Assembly: GCA_025928655.1 (NCBI GenBank)
Contig: JAICJC010000003.1
Location: 935-64,934, forward strand
From: Thermoleophilia bacterium
GTDB lineage: Bacteria > Actinomycetota > Thermoleophilia > Gaiellales > JAICJC01
Reading direction: 5' to 3'
Length of the DNA: 64,000 nt
The translations under genes were made by a program, and so were the position numbers. Positions 34,412 through 43,739 of the stretch are shown here, one piece after another; positions within the stretch are counted from its first letter, which is position 1, and every line of letters starts with the position of its first letter. The notes beneath the pieces are model-generated. The model made no database searches and was not told the origin of the DNA. It was given only the letters and a program-made list of their open reading frames with translations.

Positions 34412-35490
34412 CCCCCCAGCGCCCAGATGAGCCCGGTTGCCGCCGCCGCCGCGGCCGCCGCGGTCGCCGGCCAGAGCCGCAGGTACCCGTCCCGGATGGC
34501 CGGCGCATGGTCGGGGCCGGCCAGGTCGCGCACGAGCAGCGTCGCCACCGATCCGCGCGCCCCTGCGAGCGCTCCCACCGAGACGCCCGAGAGGACGGCG
34601 AACGCCGCCGGCCCGGTGTGGAGCAGCGCGCCCGCGGCCACGGCGGCCGGCAGGTTGTTCACGACCGCCGCGACGGCCGCGGCCGCGGCGGTGACGCCGA
34701 GCAGCGCCCACACCGAGCCGGACGGCAGCCGCACGGCCTGCAGGCCGCTCACGTCCGCCGCGGCGCCGAGCGCGGTCGCGAGCACCGTCACGAGGAGCCC
34801 GATCCGCCACGGCACCGAGGGCCGCGGCAGCGGCACGCCGGCAGCGGCCAGGCAACCGGCCGCGACGAGCGCGACGCCGCAGGACGGCCACCACGGGGCG
34901 ACACCGGCGAGCGGGCCGAGCGACTCGCCGATGGCGGCGAGGACGAGCGCCGCAGCCGCGCCGAGCGCCGCGCGGCCCGGCCGGGGGATCGGGGCGGCGG
35001 AGACCGCGCCGTGCAGGCGCCGCCGCTCGCGCAGCGCCACCGCCCCTGCGCAGATCAGGGCGGCGGCCGTGCCGGGGGCGAGCATGGTCGCGTCGAACGC
35101 GGCCGGCCGCAGGTGAAGCCCCGTCATCACGACGAGGTTGGTCGGATTGCCCTGCACGACGGCGATCGAGAACGCGTTCGCGGTCCCGATCGTCGCCAGC
35201 AGGAGCGGCCGCGCCTGCGCGCCGCGGTCGGCGAGCGCGAGCACGACCGGCACCATCACGACGACCGCCCCGTCCAGCGAGAGCGCCGCCGTGAGCAGCG
35301 CGCAGGCGAGGCAGACGAGGGCGTAGACTCGGGCGGCCCGTGCGCCCGCCGCCCACGCCAGCAGGCCGGCGATCGCATCGGCGAGGCCGGTCGCCTCGGC
35401 GAGGCGGGCGAGCCAGATGACCGCGGTCAGGAAGCAGACGAGCGGAACGGAGGCGGAGAGCGCCGCATGGAGCGGGCCGCTCAAGGGCAC
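34408..35490 (-). CDS. ArsB/NhaD-superfamily permease
   Basis: The track ORF starts at TTG 35508. GTG 35490 is preferred because AAAGGAGGTGGAGAG lies directly upstream. Multi-TM protein with the GNPTNLVV motif. Confidence 0.65.
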   Translation of the reverse strand: MPLSGPLHAALSASVPLVCFLTAVIWLARLAEATGLADAIAGLLAWAAGARAARVYALVCLACALLTAALSLDGAVVVMVPVVLALADRGAQARPLLLATIGTANAFSIAVVQGNPTNLVVMTGLHLRPAAFDATMLAPGTAAALICAGAVALRERRRLHGAVSAAPIPRPGRAALGAAAALVLAAIGESLGPLAGVAPWWPSCGVALVAAGCLAAAGVPLPRPSVPWRIGLLVTVLATALGAAADVSGLQAVRLPSGSVWALLGVTAAAAAVAAVVNNLPAAVAAGALLHTGPAAFAVLSGVSVGALAGARGSVATLLVRDLAGPDHAPAIRDGYLRLWPATAAAAAAAATGLIWALGG

Positions 35491-35531
35491 CTCTCCACCT
35501 CCTTTCAAACTCCTAAAGTTTACTTAAGTTT
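35491..35531. promoter_or_regulatory. AT-rich divergent promoter/operator spacer between the permease and marR
   Basis: The spacer is ctctccacctcctttcaaactcctaaagtttacttaagttt. It contains the near-direct repeat TAAAGTTTAC/TTAAGTTTAT, a CTTAAG palindrome, and TAAGTT 1 nt before the marR ATG with no SD. Confidence 0.4.
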
Positions 35532-36032
35532 ATGCCCCCGCATCCGCGCCCCCGAAACACGGCCGAGACGCTCGCGGCCGTCGCCCCTCTCGTCACCCGC
35601 TGGATGGAGCGCGTCCTGGCGGCAGGCGACCCGCCGCTGACGCTCGGCCAGTACCTCGGGCTGCGGGCGATCGCCGCCGGGGTCGACTCGGCCGCAGACC
35701 TCGCCCGCGCCGCCGGCGTGTCGGAGTCGGCGGTGTCGCAGCTCGTCGCCGGCTTCGAGCGAGCGGGGACGGTCGCGCGCTCGGCGGCGAGCGACGACCG
35801 CCGCCGGCGCCGGCTCGCCCTGACGGCGGACGGCGAGCGGCTGCTGCGCTCGGCACAGCGCCTGGTCGGCGCCCGGCTCGAACCGCTCGTCGCCTCGCTC
35901 GCGCCGCACGACGCCGAGGCGCTCGCGGCCCTGCTGCGGCGGCTCGAGCCCGCCCTGACCGGAACGGCGCCTCCGCGCCGGCCGCACCCACCACACCCTC
36001 CCGGCCACCATCGTCCGCCGCACCCGCGCTGA
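35532..36032 (+). CDS. MarR-family transcriptional regulator
   Basis: Winged-HTH region LTLGQYLGLRAIAAG..LARAAGVSESAVSQLV..LALTADG. It is divergent from the permease across an AT-rich 41-nt spacer. Confidence 0.8.
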   Translation: MPPHPRPRNTAETLAAVAPLVTRWMERVLAAGDPPLTLGQYLGLRAIAAGVDSAADLARAAGVSESAVSQLVAGFERAGTVARSAASDDRRRRRLALTADGERLLRSAQRLVGARLEPLVASLAPHDAEALAALLRRLEPALTGTAPPRRPHPPHPPGHHRPPHPR

Positions 36033-36075
36033 ATCGGGGATTGCCCCAAAAAGGCGCACGAACGTGTGACGGGGA

Positions 36076-36094
36076 CCGTTCGGGGTCTGACCCC
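36076..36094. repeat. REP-like palindrome (CCGTTC + GGGGTCTGACCCC)
   Basis: The sequence is ccgttcggggtctgacccc, the exact reverse complement of the 5483 copy. It lies 4 nt from the purH stop, between convergent marR and purH. Confidence 0.7.
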
Positions 36095-36097
36095 GAT

Positions 36098-37636
36098 TCA
36101 GTGCAGGAAGTGGCGGCGGCCCGTGAAGACCATCGCTGCGCCGGCCGCGTTCGCGGCCGCGAGCACCTCGGCGTCGCGCACCGAGCCGCCCGGCTGGACG
36201 ATCGCCCGCACGCCGGCCTCGAACGCCGCCTCGGGGCCGTCGGCGAACGGGAAGAACCCGTCCGACGCCAGCACGGCGCCCTGGGCCCGCTCCCCGGCCT
36301 TCGAGACGGCCACCTTGACGGCGTCGACCCGGCTCATCTGACCGGCGCCGATCCCGACCGCCGCCAGGTCGCGCGCGATCACGACGGCGTTCGAGCGCAC
36401 GAAGTGCACCGTCCGCCACGCGAACAGGATGTCCTCCCACTCGCGCTTGCCCGGCGCCACCTCGGACACGACCTGCATGTCGGCGCGGTCCTCGGTCTCG
36501 TTGTCTCGGTCCTGGATCAGGACGCCGCCCAGCACCCGCCGGATGTCGCGCTCGCCGGGGCTCGACTTGCGCCGCTCGCGATCCTCCAGCACCCGGGTCG
36601 AGGGCTTCGACGAGAGCACCTCGCGGGCTGTTTCGTCGTAGCCGGGGGCGAAGATGACGTCGAGCTTGGTCTCGATCATGCGCTCGGCGACCGCGCCGGT
36701 GACCGGCCGGTTCACGGCGATCACGGCCCCGAACGCCGAGAGCGGGTCGCCGGCCAGCGCCCGCGCGTAGGCCTCGTCCAGGTTCGCGCCGACGGCGACC
36801 CCGCAGGGGTTCGCGTGCTTGATGATGGCGCAGGCCGGCAGCTGGAAGGCGGTCGCGATCGTGCGGGCCGCCTGCAGGTCGGCGAGGTTGTTGAAGGAGA
36901 GGGGCTTCCCGCTCACCTGGTCGACGCGCGACAGCACGTGCCGGCGGGCGCCGGCCTCGCGGTAGAAGGCCGCCCGCTGGTGCGGGTTCTCGCCGTAGGC
37001 GAGGTCGCCCACCTTGACCAGGTCGATCGTCAGCCGGTCGGGGAAGGGCTCCGTGTCGGCGAACCAGGCCGCCACCGCGGCGTCGTAGGAGGCGACGTGC
37101 GCGAACGCCTCGCCGGCCAGGTCGCGGCGGGTGTCGAGCGAGAGCTCGCCGCCGGCCGCGCGCAGCTCGCCGAGGACGAAGCCGTACCGGTCGGGCTCCG
37201 TGACGACGCCCACCGAGTGGAAGTTCTTCGCGGCCGCCCGCACCATCGTGGGGCCGCCGATGTCGATGTTCGCGATCACCTCCGCCTCGGACACGCCCCG
37301 GCGGGCCGCGACGGAGCGGAACGGGTAGAGGTTGCAGACGACCAGGTCGATCGGCTGGATGCCGGCCGCCTCGAGCGAGGCCATGTCCTCGTCGTGGTCG
37401 CGCCGGGCCAGGATGGCGGCGTGCAGCGACGCGTGCAGCGTCTTCACCCGCCCGCCCAGGAGCTCCGCCGAGCCGGTCAGCTGCTCCACCGTCGTCACGG
37501 GGACGCCCGCCTGCTCCAGGAAGTCCGCCGTCCCCGACGTCGAGATCAGCTCGATGCCGAGCTCGTGCAGGCCCTGCGCGAACGTCGAGAGGCCGTTCTT
37601 CTCGCTGACCGATATGAGGGCTCGTCCGATCTTCAT
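36098..37636 (-). CDS. purH: bifunctional AICAR transformylase / IMP cyclohydrolase
   Basis: Full-length PurH similarity (MKIGRALISVSEKNGL.. ..VFTGRRHFLH). Confidence 0.95.
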   Translation of the reverse strand: MKIGRALISVSEKNGLSTFAQGLHELGIELISTSGTADFLEQAGVPVTTVEQLTGSAELLGGRVKTLHASLHAAILARRDHDEDMASLEAAGIQPIDLVVCNLYPFRSVAARRGVSEAEVIANIDIGGPTMVRAAAKNFHSVGVVTEPDRYGFVLGELRAAGGELSLDTRRDLAGEAFAHVASYDAAVAAWFADTEPFPDRLTIDLVKVGDLAYGENPHQRAAFYREAGARRHVLSRVDQVSGKPLSFNNLADLQAARTIATAFQLPACAIIKHANPCGVAVGANLDEAYARALAGDPLSAFGAVIAVNRPVTGAVAERMIETKLDVIFAPGYDETAREVLSSKPSTRVLEDRERRKSSPGERDIRRVLGGVLIQDRDNETEDRADMQVVSEVAPGKREWEDILFAWRTVHFVRSNAVVIARDLAAVGIGAGQMSRVDAVKVAVSKAGERAQGAVLASDGFFPFADGPEAAFEAGVRAIVQPGGSVRDAEVLAAANAAGAAMVFTGRRHFLH

Positions 37637-38202
37637 CCGCTCACCCGCACCCGCCGTCCGTCGACATGGATCCTGCCCGCCCCGTACAGCCGCACCGCCT
37701 CCGGCAGGAGCCGGTGCTCGATCCGGTGAAGACGCTCGGTCACCTCGGCGGCGGTGTCATCATACGAAACGGCCATCGCCTCCTGCATGACGATCGGGCC
37801 GGTGTCCGCCGTGACGTGCTCGGCGTCCACGAGGTGCACCGTGACGCCCGTGACCTTGACGCCGTGGGCGAGCGCGTCCTCGACCGCGCGGGCGCCCGGG
37901 AAGGCGGGCAGGAGCGCCGGATGGACGTTCAGGATCCGGCCCGACCACCTGCCCACGAAGGCGGCCGAGAGGATGCGCATGTAGCCCGCGAGCACGATCA
38001 GCTCGGCGCCGTGGGCCTCGAGGACGGCGACCGTCTCGTCCTCGTCGGCCGTCGCGGTCGCCGGGATCCCGGCCCGGACGGCGCGCTCCAGCCCAGCCGC
38101 CCCGGCGCGGCTCGAGACGACGCAGCAGACGTCGATGTCCGGGGCGTCGATGAGCGCCTGCAGGTTCGTGCCCGTCCCCGAGATGAGCACGCCGACCTTC
38201 AG
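37633..38202 (-). CDS. purN: phosphoribosylglycinamide formyltransferase
   Basis: Motifs ..KVGVLISGTGTNLQAL.. and ILNVHPALLPAFPG. The start is uncertain: CTG 38202 overlaps the purM stop, and GTG 38190 is the alternative. The rest of track ORF 37633..38829 is a shadow frame. Confidence 0.8.
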   Translation of the reverse strand: MKVGVLISGTGTNLQALIDAPDIDVCCVVSSRAGAAGLERAVRAGIPATATADEDETVAVLEAHGAELIVLAGYMRILSAAFVGRWSGRILNVHPALLPAFPGARAVEDALAHGVKVTGVTVHLVDAEHVTADTGPIVMQEAMAVSYDDTAAEVTERLHRIEHRLLPEAVRLYGAGRIHVDGRRVRVSG

Positions 38203-39227
38203 CGGAAGCGCACCCCCGCGCCCTCGGCGACCGTCCCGGCGACGAAGCCCGGGCAGCCGCCGCGCTCGAGCGCCGCGAGGGCCACCGCGACCGAGCCCTG
38301 CTCGACCACGGCGGCGTAGCCGAGCCCGAGGTTGAAGACGCGGCGCAGCTCGTCCTCCTCCACGCCGAGCGACCCCAGCCAGCCGAACAGCGGCGGCCGC
38401 TCGAAGGCGCCGAGGTCGATCTCGGCGCCGAGCCCGTCCGGGAACTGGCGGGCGAGGTTGCCCGGGATGCCGCCGCCGGTGATATGCGCCATCGCCCGCA
38501 CGTCGACGGTGCGGCACAGCTCCGCCACCGGGCGGGCGTAGATCCGCGTCGGCTCGAGCAGGGCGTCCGCCACGCTCGCCCCGCCGAGCCCGTCGGGCGT
38601 GTCCGCCGGCCCGAGCCCCGCCCGCTCGAGCAGGCGGCGGACGAGCGAGAACCCGTTCGAGTGAGGGCCGCTCGACGGCAGGCCCACGATCGCGTCGCCC
38701 GCCTTGGCCCGGCTTCCGGAGACGAGCTCGCGCCGCTCCGCGATCGCCACGCAGAACCCGGCCAGGTCGTACTCCTCCGGCTTCATCATGTCGGGGTGCT
38801 CCGCCGTCTCGCCCCCCAGGAGCGCACACCCGGCCTGGCGGCAGCCCTCGGCGATGCCCTCGACGAGCGCCGCCACGACGTCAACGTCCACGCGGCCGCA
38901 GGTGATCACGTCCATGAAGAACGCCGGCCGTGCCCCTGACGTGATCACGTCGTTCACGCTCATCGCCACCAGGTCGATCCCGAGCCCGGCGTGCCGGCCG
39001 GCGGCCCGGCCCAGCAGCACCTTCGTCCCGACGCCGTCGCAGCCGGCCGCGATCAGCGGGTCGCCCACCGACGGGGTGAAGAGGCCGGCGAAACCGCCGT
39101 GCCCACCCAGCACCTGGCGCCCGTGGGTCGACGTGACGGCCGCCCGGATCCGCTCGACGACCGCGTCGCCGACGTCCAGGCTGACCCCGGAACCGGCGTA
39201 GGTGAGCGGGTCGGGGCTCTCGTTCAC
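38199..39227 (-). CDS. purM: phosphoribosylformylglycinamidine cyclo-ligase (AIR synthetase)
   Basis: GTG start overlaps the purF stop. Motifs GGFAGLF and DGVGTKV. Confidence 0.95.
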   Translation of the reverse strand: MNESPDPLTYAGSGVSLDVGDAVVERIRAAVTSTHGRQVLGGHGGFAGLFTPSVGDPLIAAGCDGVGTKVLLGRAAGRHAGLGIDLVAMSVNDVITSGARPAFFMDVITCGRVDVDVVAALVEGIAEGCRQAGCALLGGETAEHPDMMKPEEYDLAGFCVAIAERRELVSGSRAKAGDAIVGLPSSGPHSNGFSLVRRLLERAGLGPADTPDGLGGASVADALLEPTRIYARPVAELCRTVDVRAMAHITGGGIPGNLARQFPDGLGAEIDLGAFERPPLFGWLGSLGVEEDELRRVFNLGLGYAAVVEQGSVAVALAALERGGCPGFVAGTVAEGAGVRFR

Positions 39228-40633
39228 CGGATCTCCACCGGCACCGGCGCGGGCTCGAAGCGCAGCTTCGCCAGCCGCATGTCGGCGGGGATCTCGGTCG
39301 GGTACTCACCCGTCAGGCAGGCCCTGCAGAAGCCCTCGGCCGGGCCCGCGGTGGCCTCGAGGCCGTCGAGCGACAGGTAGGCGAGCGAGGTCGCGCCCAG
39401 CCGCCGGCGCACCTCCTCGATGGTGCGGCCGGCCGCGAGCAGCTCGTCCTGGTCGGCCATGTCGATGCCGTAGAAGCAGGGCGAGACGATCGGCGGCGAG
39501 GACACGCGCAGGTGCACCTCGCGCGCGCCCGCCTCGAACAGCATCTGCACCAGCTTGCGCGTCGTCGAGCCGCGCACGATCGAGTCGTCGACGACCACCA
39601 CGCGCCGGCCCTCGAGCACGGAGCGCAGCGCGTTGAACTTCAGCCTCACGCCCCGCTCGCGCAGCGCCTGGTCGGGCTGGATGAAGGTGCGGCCGACGTA
39701 GCGGTTCTTGACGAGGCCCTCGCCGAACGGGATGCCGCTGCGGCGGGCGTAGCCGACCGCGGCGGGCGTGCCCGAGTCCGGCACGCCGATGACGACGTCC
39801 GCCTCGACCGGCGCCTCGTCGGCCAGCCGCTCTCCCATCCGCCGCCGCACCTCGTGCAGGCCCCTTCCGTGCATGACGGAGTCCGGGCGGGCGAAGTAGA
39901 TGTACTCGAACACGCACAGCGATCCCGGCCGGTCGCCCAGCTTGCGGAAGCGGGCGCCGCGCTCGTCCACGACGACCATCTCGCCCGGCTCCAGGTCGCG
40001 CTCCAGCGTCGCCCCGATCAGGTCGAGCGCGCACGACTCGGAGGCGAGCACCCAGGCGTCGCCGAGCCGGCCGACGACGAGCGGGCGGATGCCGTCGGGG
40101 TCGCGGAAGCCGGCCAGCCCCCGCTCCGTCATGACGACGGCCGCGAACGCGCCCTCGATCCGGCCCATCGCGTCGGCGACGGCCTCGCCCAGGTCGCCGG
40201 ACTCGTGCTCGGCGATCAGCGCCGCCATCACCTCGGTGTCCGAGGTCGAGCGCATCGAGACCCGCCGCCCGCGCAGCTCCTCGCGCAGCTCGGCCGTGTT
40301 CGTCAGGTTGCCGTTGTGCCCGAGGGCGATCGTGCGCCCGCCGGCATGGCGGACGACCGGCTGGGCGTTCTGCCACACGGTCGAGCCGGTGGTCGAGTAG
40401 CGGGTGTGGCCGATCGCGATGTGCCCCGCGAGGCCCGAGAGCCGGCCCTCGTCGAACACCTGGCTCACGAGCCCCATGTCCTTCATCGCGGTGACGCGGT
40501 CGCCGTCCGAGACGGCGATGCCGGCGCTCTCCTGGCCCCGGTGCTGCAGCGCGAAGAGGCCGAAGAAGGTCGAGCGGGCGACGTCGCGGTCGGGCCCCTC
40601 GGCCGGCGTGTAGATGCCGAAGACGCCGCACAT
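39224..40633 (-). CDS. purF: amidophosphoribosyltransferase
   Basis: The in-frame ATG at 40633 gives MCGVFGI.. (Ntn Cys). The PRTase motif is VVVVDDSIVRGST. The remainder of the 1411-aa track ORF is a shadow frame. Confidence 0.95.
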   Translation of the reverse strand: MCGVFGIYTPAEGPDRDVARSTFFGLFALQHRGQESAGIAVSDGDRVTAMKDMGLVSQVFDEGRLSGLAGHIAIGHTRYSTTGSTVWQNAQPVVRHAGGRTIALGHNGNLTNTAELREELRGRRVSMRSTSDTEVMAALIAEHESGDLGEAVADAMGRIEGAFAAVVMTERGLAGFRDPDGIRPLVVGRLGDAWVLASESCALDLIGATLERDLEPGEMVVVDERGARFRKLGDRPGSLCVFEYIYFARPDSVMHGRGLHEVRRRMGERLADEAPVEADVVIGVPDSGTPAAVGYARRSGIPFGEGLVKNRYVGRTFIQPDQALRERGVRLKFNALRSVLEGRRVVVVDDSIVRGSTTRKLVQMLFEAGAREVHLRVSSPPIVSPCFYGIDMADQDELLAAGRTIEEVRRRLGATSLAYLSLDGLEATAGPAEGFCRACLTGEYPTEIPADMRLAKLRFEPAPVPVEIR

Positions 40634-42807
40634 CAGGCGCCGCCCTCCATGATCCGGGGAAGCGCCCCTTCGTAGAGGTCGACGGCGGCAGCGAGCGCGA
40701 TCCGGGCCGGGCCGACGGCGATCTCGCCGCCGCCGACCGCCCCCAGCCGCTGCAACGGCACGGGCCCTGCCAGCTTGCGCAGCGCGGCCACGTCGGCGCG
40801 GCGGGCCGAGATCACGACCCGGCCGTCGCCCTCGCCGAAGAGATCCGCCACCTTCCCCACGCGCACGCCGATGTTCCCGGCCATGGCCGCCTCCGCCACG
40901 GCCACGGCGAGCCCGCCGCCGCCCACGTCGTGGGCGCTTCGCAGCAGCCGCCGCCCGGCCGCCGCGGCCAGGAACGCGTGCAGGTCGCGCTCGGCGCCGA
41001 GATCGGGCTCCGGGATGCGCCCGGCCGTCTCGCCCAGGATCACCTTCTGATAGTCGGAGCCGTCGAGCGCGCTCGCGCCGGCGCCGGCGAGGAGCACCAC
41101 GTCGCCCTCGTCGCGGAAGCCGGCCCGCACCGCCAGCGCGGCGTCGTCGAGGACGCCGACCACGCCGACCACCGGCGTCGGCGGGATCGGGCGGCCGTCG
41201 TGCTCGTTGTAGAGCGAGACGTTGCCGGAGACGACCGGCAGGCCCAGGGCGCGGCAGGCGTCGGCCATGCCGCCGATCGCCTCGGCCAGCTCGTAGCCGA
41301 TGTCGGCGTGCTCGGGATTGCCGAAGTTCAGGCAGTTCGTGACCGCGGCCGGGCGGGCGCCGGTGCAGGCGACGTTGCGGGCGGCCTCGCACACCGCGCT
41401 CATCCCGCCGCGGCGGGGATCGAGCCATGTCCGCCGGCCGTTCCCGTCGAGCGACACGGCGATGGCGCGGTCGGACGGCGTCAGCCGCACCACGGCCGCG
41501 TCGCCGCCGGGGCGCACGACCGTGCCCGAGCCGACCAGCTGGTCGTACTGGCGGGTCACCCACCGCCGGCTGGCGGTGCCGGGCGCCGCGAGCAGTGCCC
41601 GCAGTGCGGCCTCGGGCGGCGTGGCCGGATCTTCGGCCACGGCCGCGGACTCGACCAGGCGGGCGGGCCGCTCCCGCGCCACCTCGTAGCGGGGGGCGGC
41701 CTCCGTGAGCGTCTCGACCGGGATGTCGCCGACGGCCTCGCCGCCGTGGAAGCAGCGCAGCCGGCCCGTCTCGGTCACCTCGCCGATCACGGTCGCGTCG
41801 ACCTCCCACCGGCGGCAGACCGCCGCCACGGCGTCCCACGAGGACGGCTCGACGATGGCCGCCATCCGCTCCTGCGACTCGGAGATCATGATCTCGAACG
41901 GCTCCATCCCCTCCTCGCGGACGGGCACGGCGGAGAGGTCGACGTCGAGCCCGACGCCGCCGGACGCCGCCATCTCGGACGTCGAGGAGGCGAGCCCGGC
42001 CGCGCCCAGATCCTGGAGCGACACGATCAGGCCCTGGTCGAGCAGCTCGAGCGTGCACTCGATCAGCTTCTTGCCGGTGAACGGGTCGCCGATCTGGACG
42101 CTCGGGCGCTTGGCCTCGGAGCCCTCCTCGAACCCCTGCGAGGCGAGCACGCTGGCGCCGCCGATGCCGTCGCGGCCGGTCTTCGACCCGTACAGCACGA
42201 GCAGGTTGCCCGGGCCGGCGGCGCCGGCCGACTGGAGCCGGTCGGCCGGCAGGACGCCGACGCACATCGCGTTCACGAGACAGTTGTGCTCGTAGGCGGC
42301 CTCGAACTCGACCTCGCCGCCGATGTTCGCGACGCCGACGCAGTTGCCGTAGTGGCCGACGCCCTCGACGACGCGGGCGAACAGGTGCCGCTGGCGCTCG
42401 GCGTCGAGCTCGCCGAAGCGGAGCGAGTCGAGGATCGCGATCGGGCGCGCCCCCATCGCGAAGATGTCGCGCAGGATGCCGCCGACGCCGGTGGCCGCGC
42501 CCTGGAACGGCTCGACCGCGGACGGGTGGTTGTGGCTCTCGACCTTGAGCGCGACCGCCAGCCCGTCGCCGACGTCGATCACGCCGGCGTTCTCGCCGGG
42601 CCCCTGGAGAACGCGCTCGCCGGTGGTCGGGAAGGCCGCCAGCAGGCGGCGGGAGTGCTTGTAGGCGCAGTGCTCGCTCCAGAGCAGCGAGAACACGGCC
42701 AGCTCGAAGTCGTTCGGCTCCCGCTCGAGCAGCTCGCGGATGCGCTCGAATTCGGCATCCGTCAGCCCCAGCGAACGGTGCAGCGGGGTCGACTCGATGG
42801 TGCTCAT
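40633..42807 (-). CDS. purL: phosphoribosylformylglycinamidine synthase subunit PurL
   Basis: 724-aa small-type PurL (..EHCAYKHS.., ..ESHNHPS..). Confidence 0.95.
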   Translation of the reverse strand: MSTIESTPLHRSLGLTDAEFERIRELLEREPNDFELAVFSLLWSEHCAYKHSRRLLAAFPTTGERVLQGPGENAGVIDVGDGLAVALKVESHNHPSAVEPFQGAATGVGGILRDIFAMGARPIAILDSLRFGELDAERQRHLFARVVEGVGHYGNCVGVANIGGEVEFEAAYEHNCLVNAMCVGVLPADRLQSAGAAGPGNLLVLYGSKTGRDGIGGASVLASQGFEEGSEAKRPSVQIGDPFTGKKLIECTLELLDQGLIVSLQDLGAAGLASSTSEMAASGGVGLDVDLSAVPVREEGMEPFEIMISESQERMAAIVEPSSWDAVAAVCRRWEVDATVIGEVTETGRLRCFHGGEAVGDIPVETLTEAAPRYEVARERPARLVESAAVAEDPATPPEAALRALLAAPGTASRRWVTRQYDQLVGSGTVVRPGGDAAVVRLTPSDRAIAVSLDGNGRRTWLDPRRGGMSAVCEAARNVACTGARPAAVTNCLNFGNPEHADIGYELAEAIGGMADACRALGLPVVSGNVSLYNEHDGRPIPPTPVVGVVGVLDDAALAVRAGFRDEGDVVLLAGAGASALDGSDYQKVILGETAGRIPEPDLGAERDLHAFLAAAAGRRLLRSAHDVGGGGLAVAVAEAAMAGNIGVRVGKVADLFGEGDGRVVISARRADVAALRKLAGPVPLQRLGAVGGGEIAVGPARIALAAAVDLYEGALPRIMEGGA

Positions 42808-42816
42808 GCCTGCACC

Positions 42817-43491
42817 CTAGATGGCCGCCTCGACGGCGACTGCCTGATCGAGGAGCCCCTGGAGCAGGATGCGGCCGTCGACCGACCCGAGCAGCGGGTC
42901 GACGGCGTGCTCGGGGTGGGGCATGAGACCGGCCACGTTGCCGGCGGCGTTCGTGACGCATGCGATGTTCTCGACCGAGCCGTTCGGGTTGTGGACGTAG
43001 CGCAGCAGCACCTGGCCGGCCGCGTCGAGCTCCTCGAGCTGCGCGGGTGCCGCGAAGTAGCAGCCGTCGTGGTGCTTCACGGGAATCTCGAGCGTGTCGC
43101 CCGCGACCACGCCGGGCAGCCAGGCCGACTCCCGCTGGACGCGCAGGGCCACGTCCTGGAAGCGGAACTGGAGGTGGGCGTTCGGCCGCAGCACGCCCGG
43201 CAGCAGCCCGGCCTCCGTCAGCACCTGGAACCCGTTGCAGATCCCGAGCACCGGGCCGCCTGCCGCCGCCAGCTCGCGCACCGCAGCCATCGCCGGCGAG
43301 AGGGCCGCGAGCGCCCCCGGCCGCAGGTAGTCGCCGTAGCTGAACCCGCCGGGGACGATCACCGCCCCGGCCCCGCCGAGGTCGGAGTCGGCGTGCCAGA
43401 CGCGCACCGGCTCGGCGCCCATGAGGGCGACCGCCCGGAGCGCGTCGCGGTCGTCGCACGAGCCCGGGAAGGCGAGCACCGCGACGCTCAC
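42817..43491 (-). CDS. purQ: phosphoribosylformylglycinamidine synthase glutaminase subunit PurQ
   Basis: Class-I glutamine amidotransferase with GICNGFQ (catalytic Cys) and ..MPHPE... Confidence 0.95.
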   Translation of the reverse strand: MSVAVLAFPGSCDDRDALRAVALMGAEPVRVWHADSDLGGAGAVIVPGGFSYGDYLRPGALAALSPAMAAVRELAAAGGPVLGICNGFQVLTEAGLLPGVLRPNAHLQFRFQDVALRVQRESAWLPGVVAGDTLEIPVKHHDGCYFAAPAQLEELDAAGQVLLRYVHNPNGSVENIACVTNAAGNVAGLMPHPEHAVDPLLGSVDGRILLQGLLDQAVAVEAAI

Positions 43492-43739
43492 AGCCGAACC
43501 GGCTCCTGCGCGGCGACGTCGAACTCCTCGATCAGGGGGTTCGAGAGCACCTGCTCCGCGATCCGGCCGGCGACGCGCACCGCCTCCCGCGCGTCGCCCA
43601 CGTCCAGGTCGAGGTCGAACACCTTGCCCGCCCGCACGTCCGACGCGGCGTAGCCGAGCCCCTCGAGCGAGCGCCGCACCGCCTCGCCCTGGGGGTCGAG
43701 GATGCCGGCCCGCGGGCGCACCGTGACGGTCACCTTCAC
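43488..43739 (-). CDS. purS: phosphoribosylformylglycinamidine synthase subunit PurS
   Basis: GTG 43739 overlaps the purC stop (GTGA). The 83-aa product reads VKVTVTVRPRAGILDPQGEAV... Confidence 0.9.
   Translation of the reverse strand: MKVTVTVRPRAGILDPQGEAVRRSLEGLGYAASDVRAGKVFDLDLDVGDAREAVRVAGRIAEQVLSNPLIEEFDVAAQEPVRL

Noticed and set aside
33689-35356. 555-aa minus-strand ORF and the 469-aa plus-strand ORF 34231..35640
   Set aside because: Both are low-complexity Arg/Gly-rich frames overlapping the QueA-like, DUF3052 and ArsB-like genes.
39224-43459. 1411-aa minus-strand ORF spanning purF, purL and purQ
   Set aside because: Only the 3' 1410 nt (from ATG 40633, MCGVFGI..) is PurF. The upstream 940 codons are an Arg/Gly-rich alternative frame over the well-supported purL and purQ genes.
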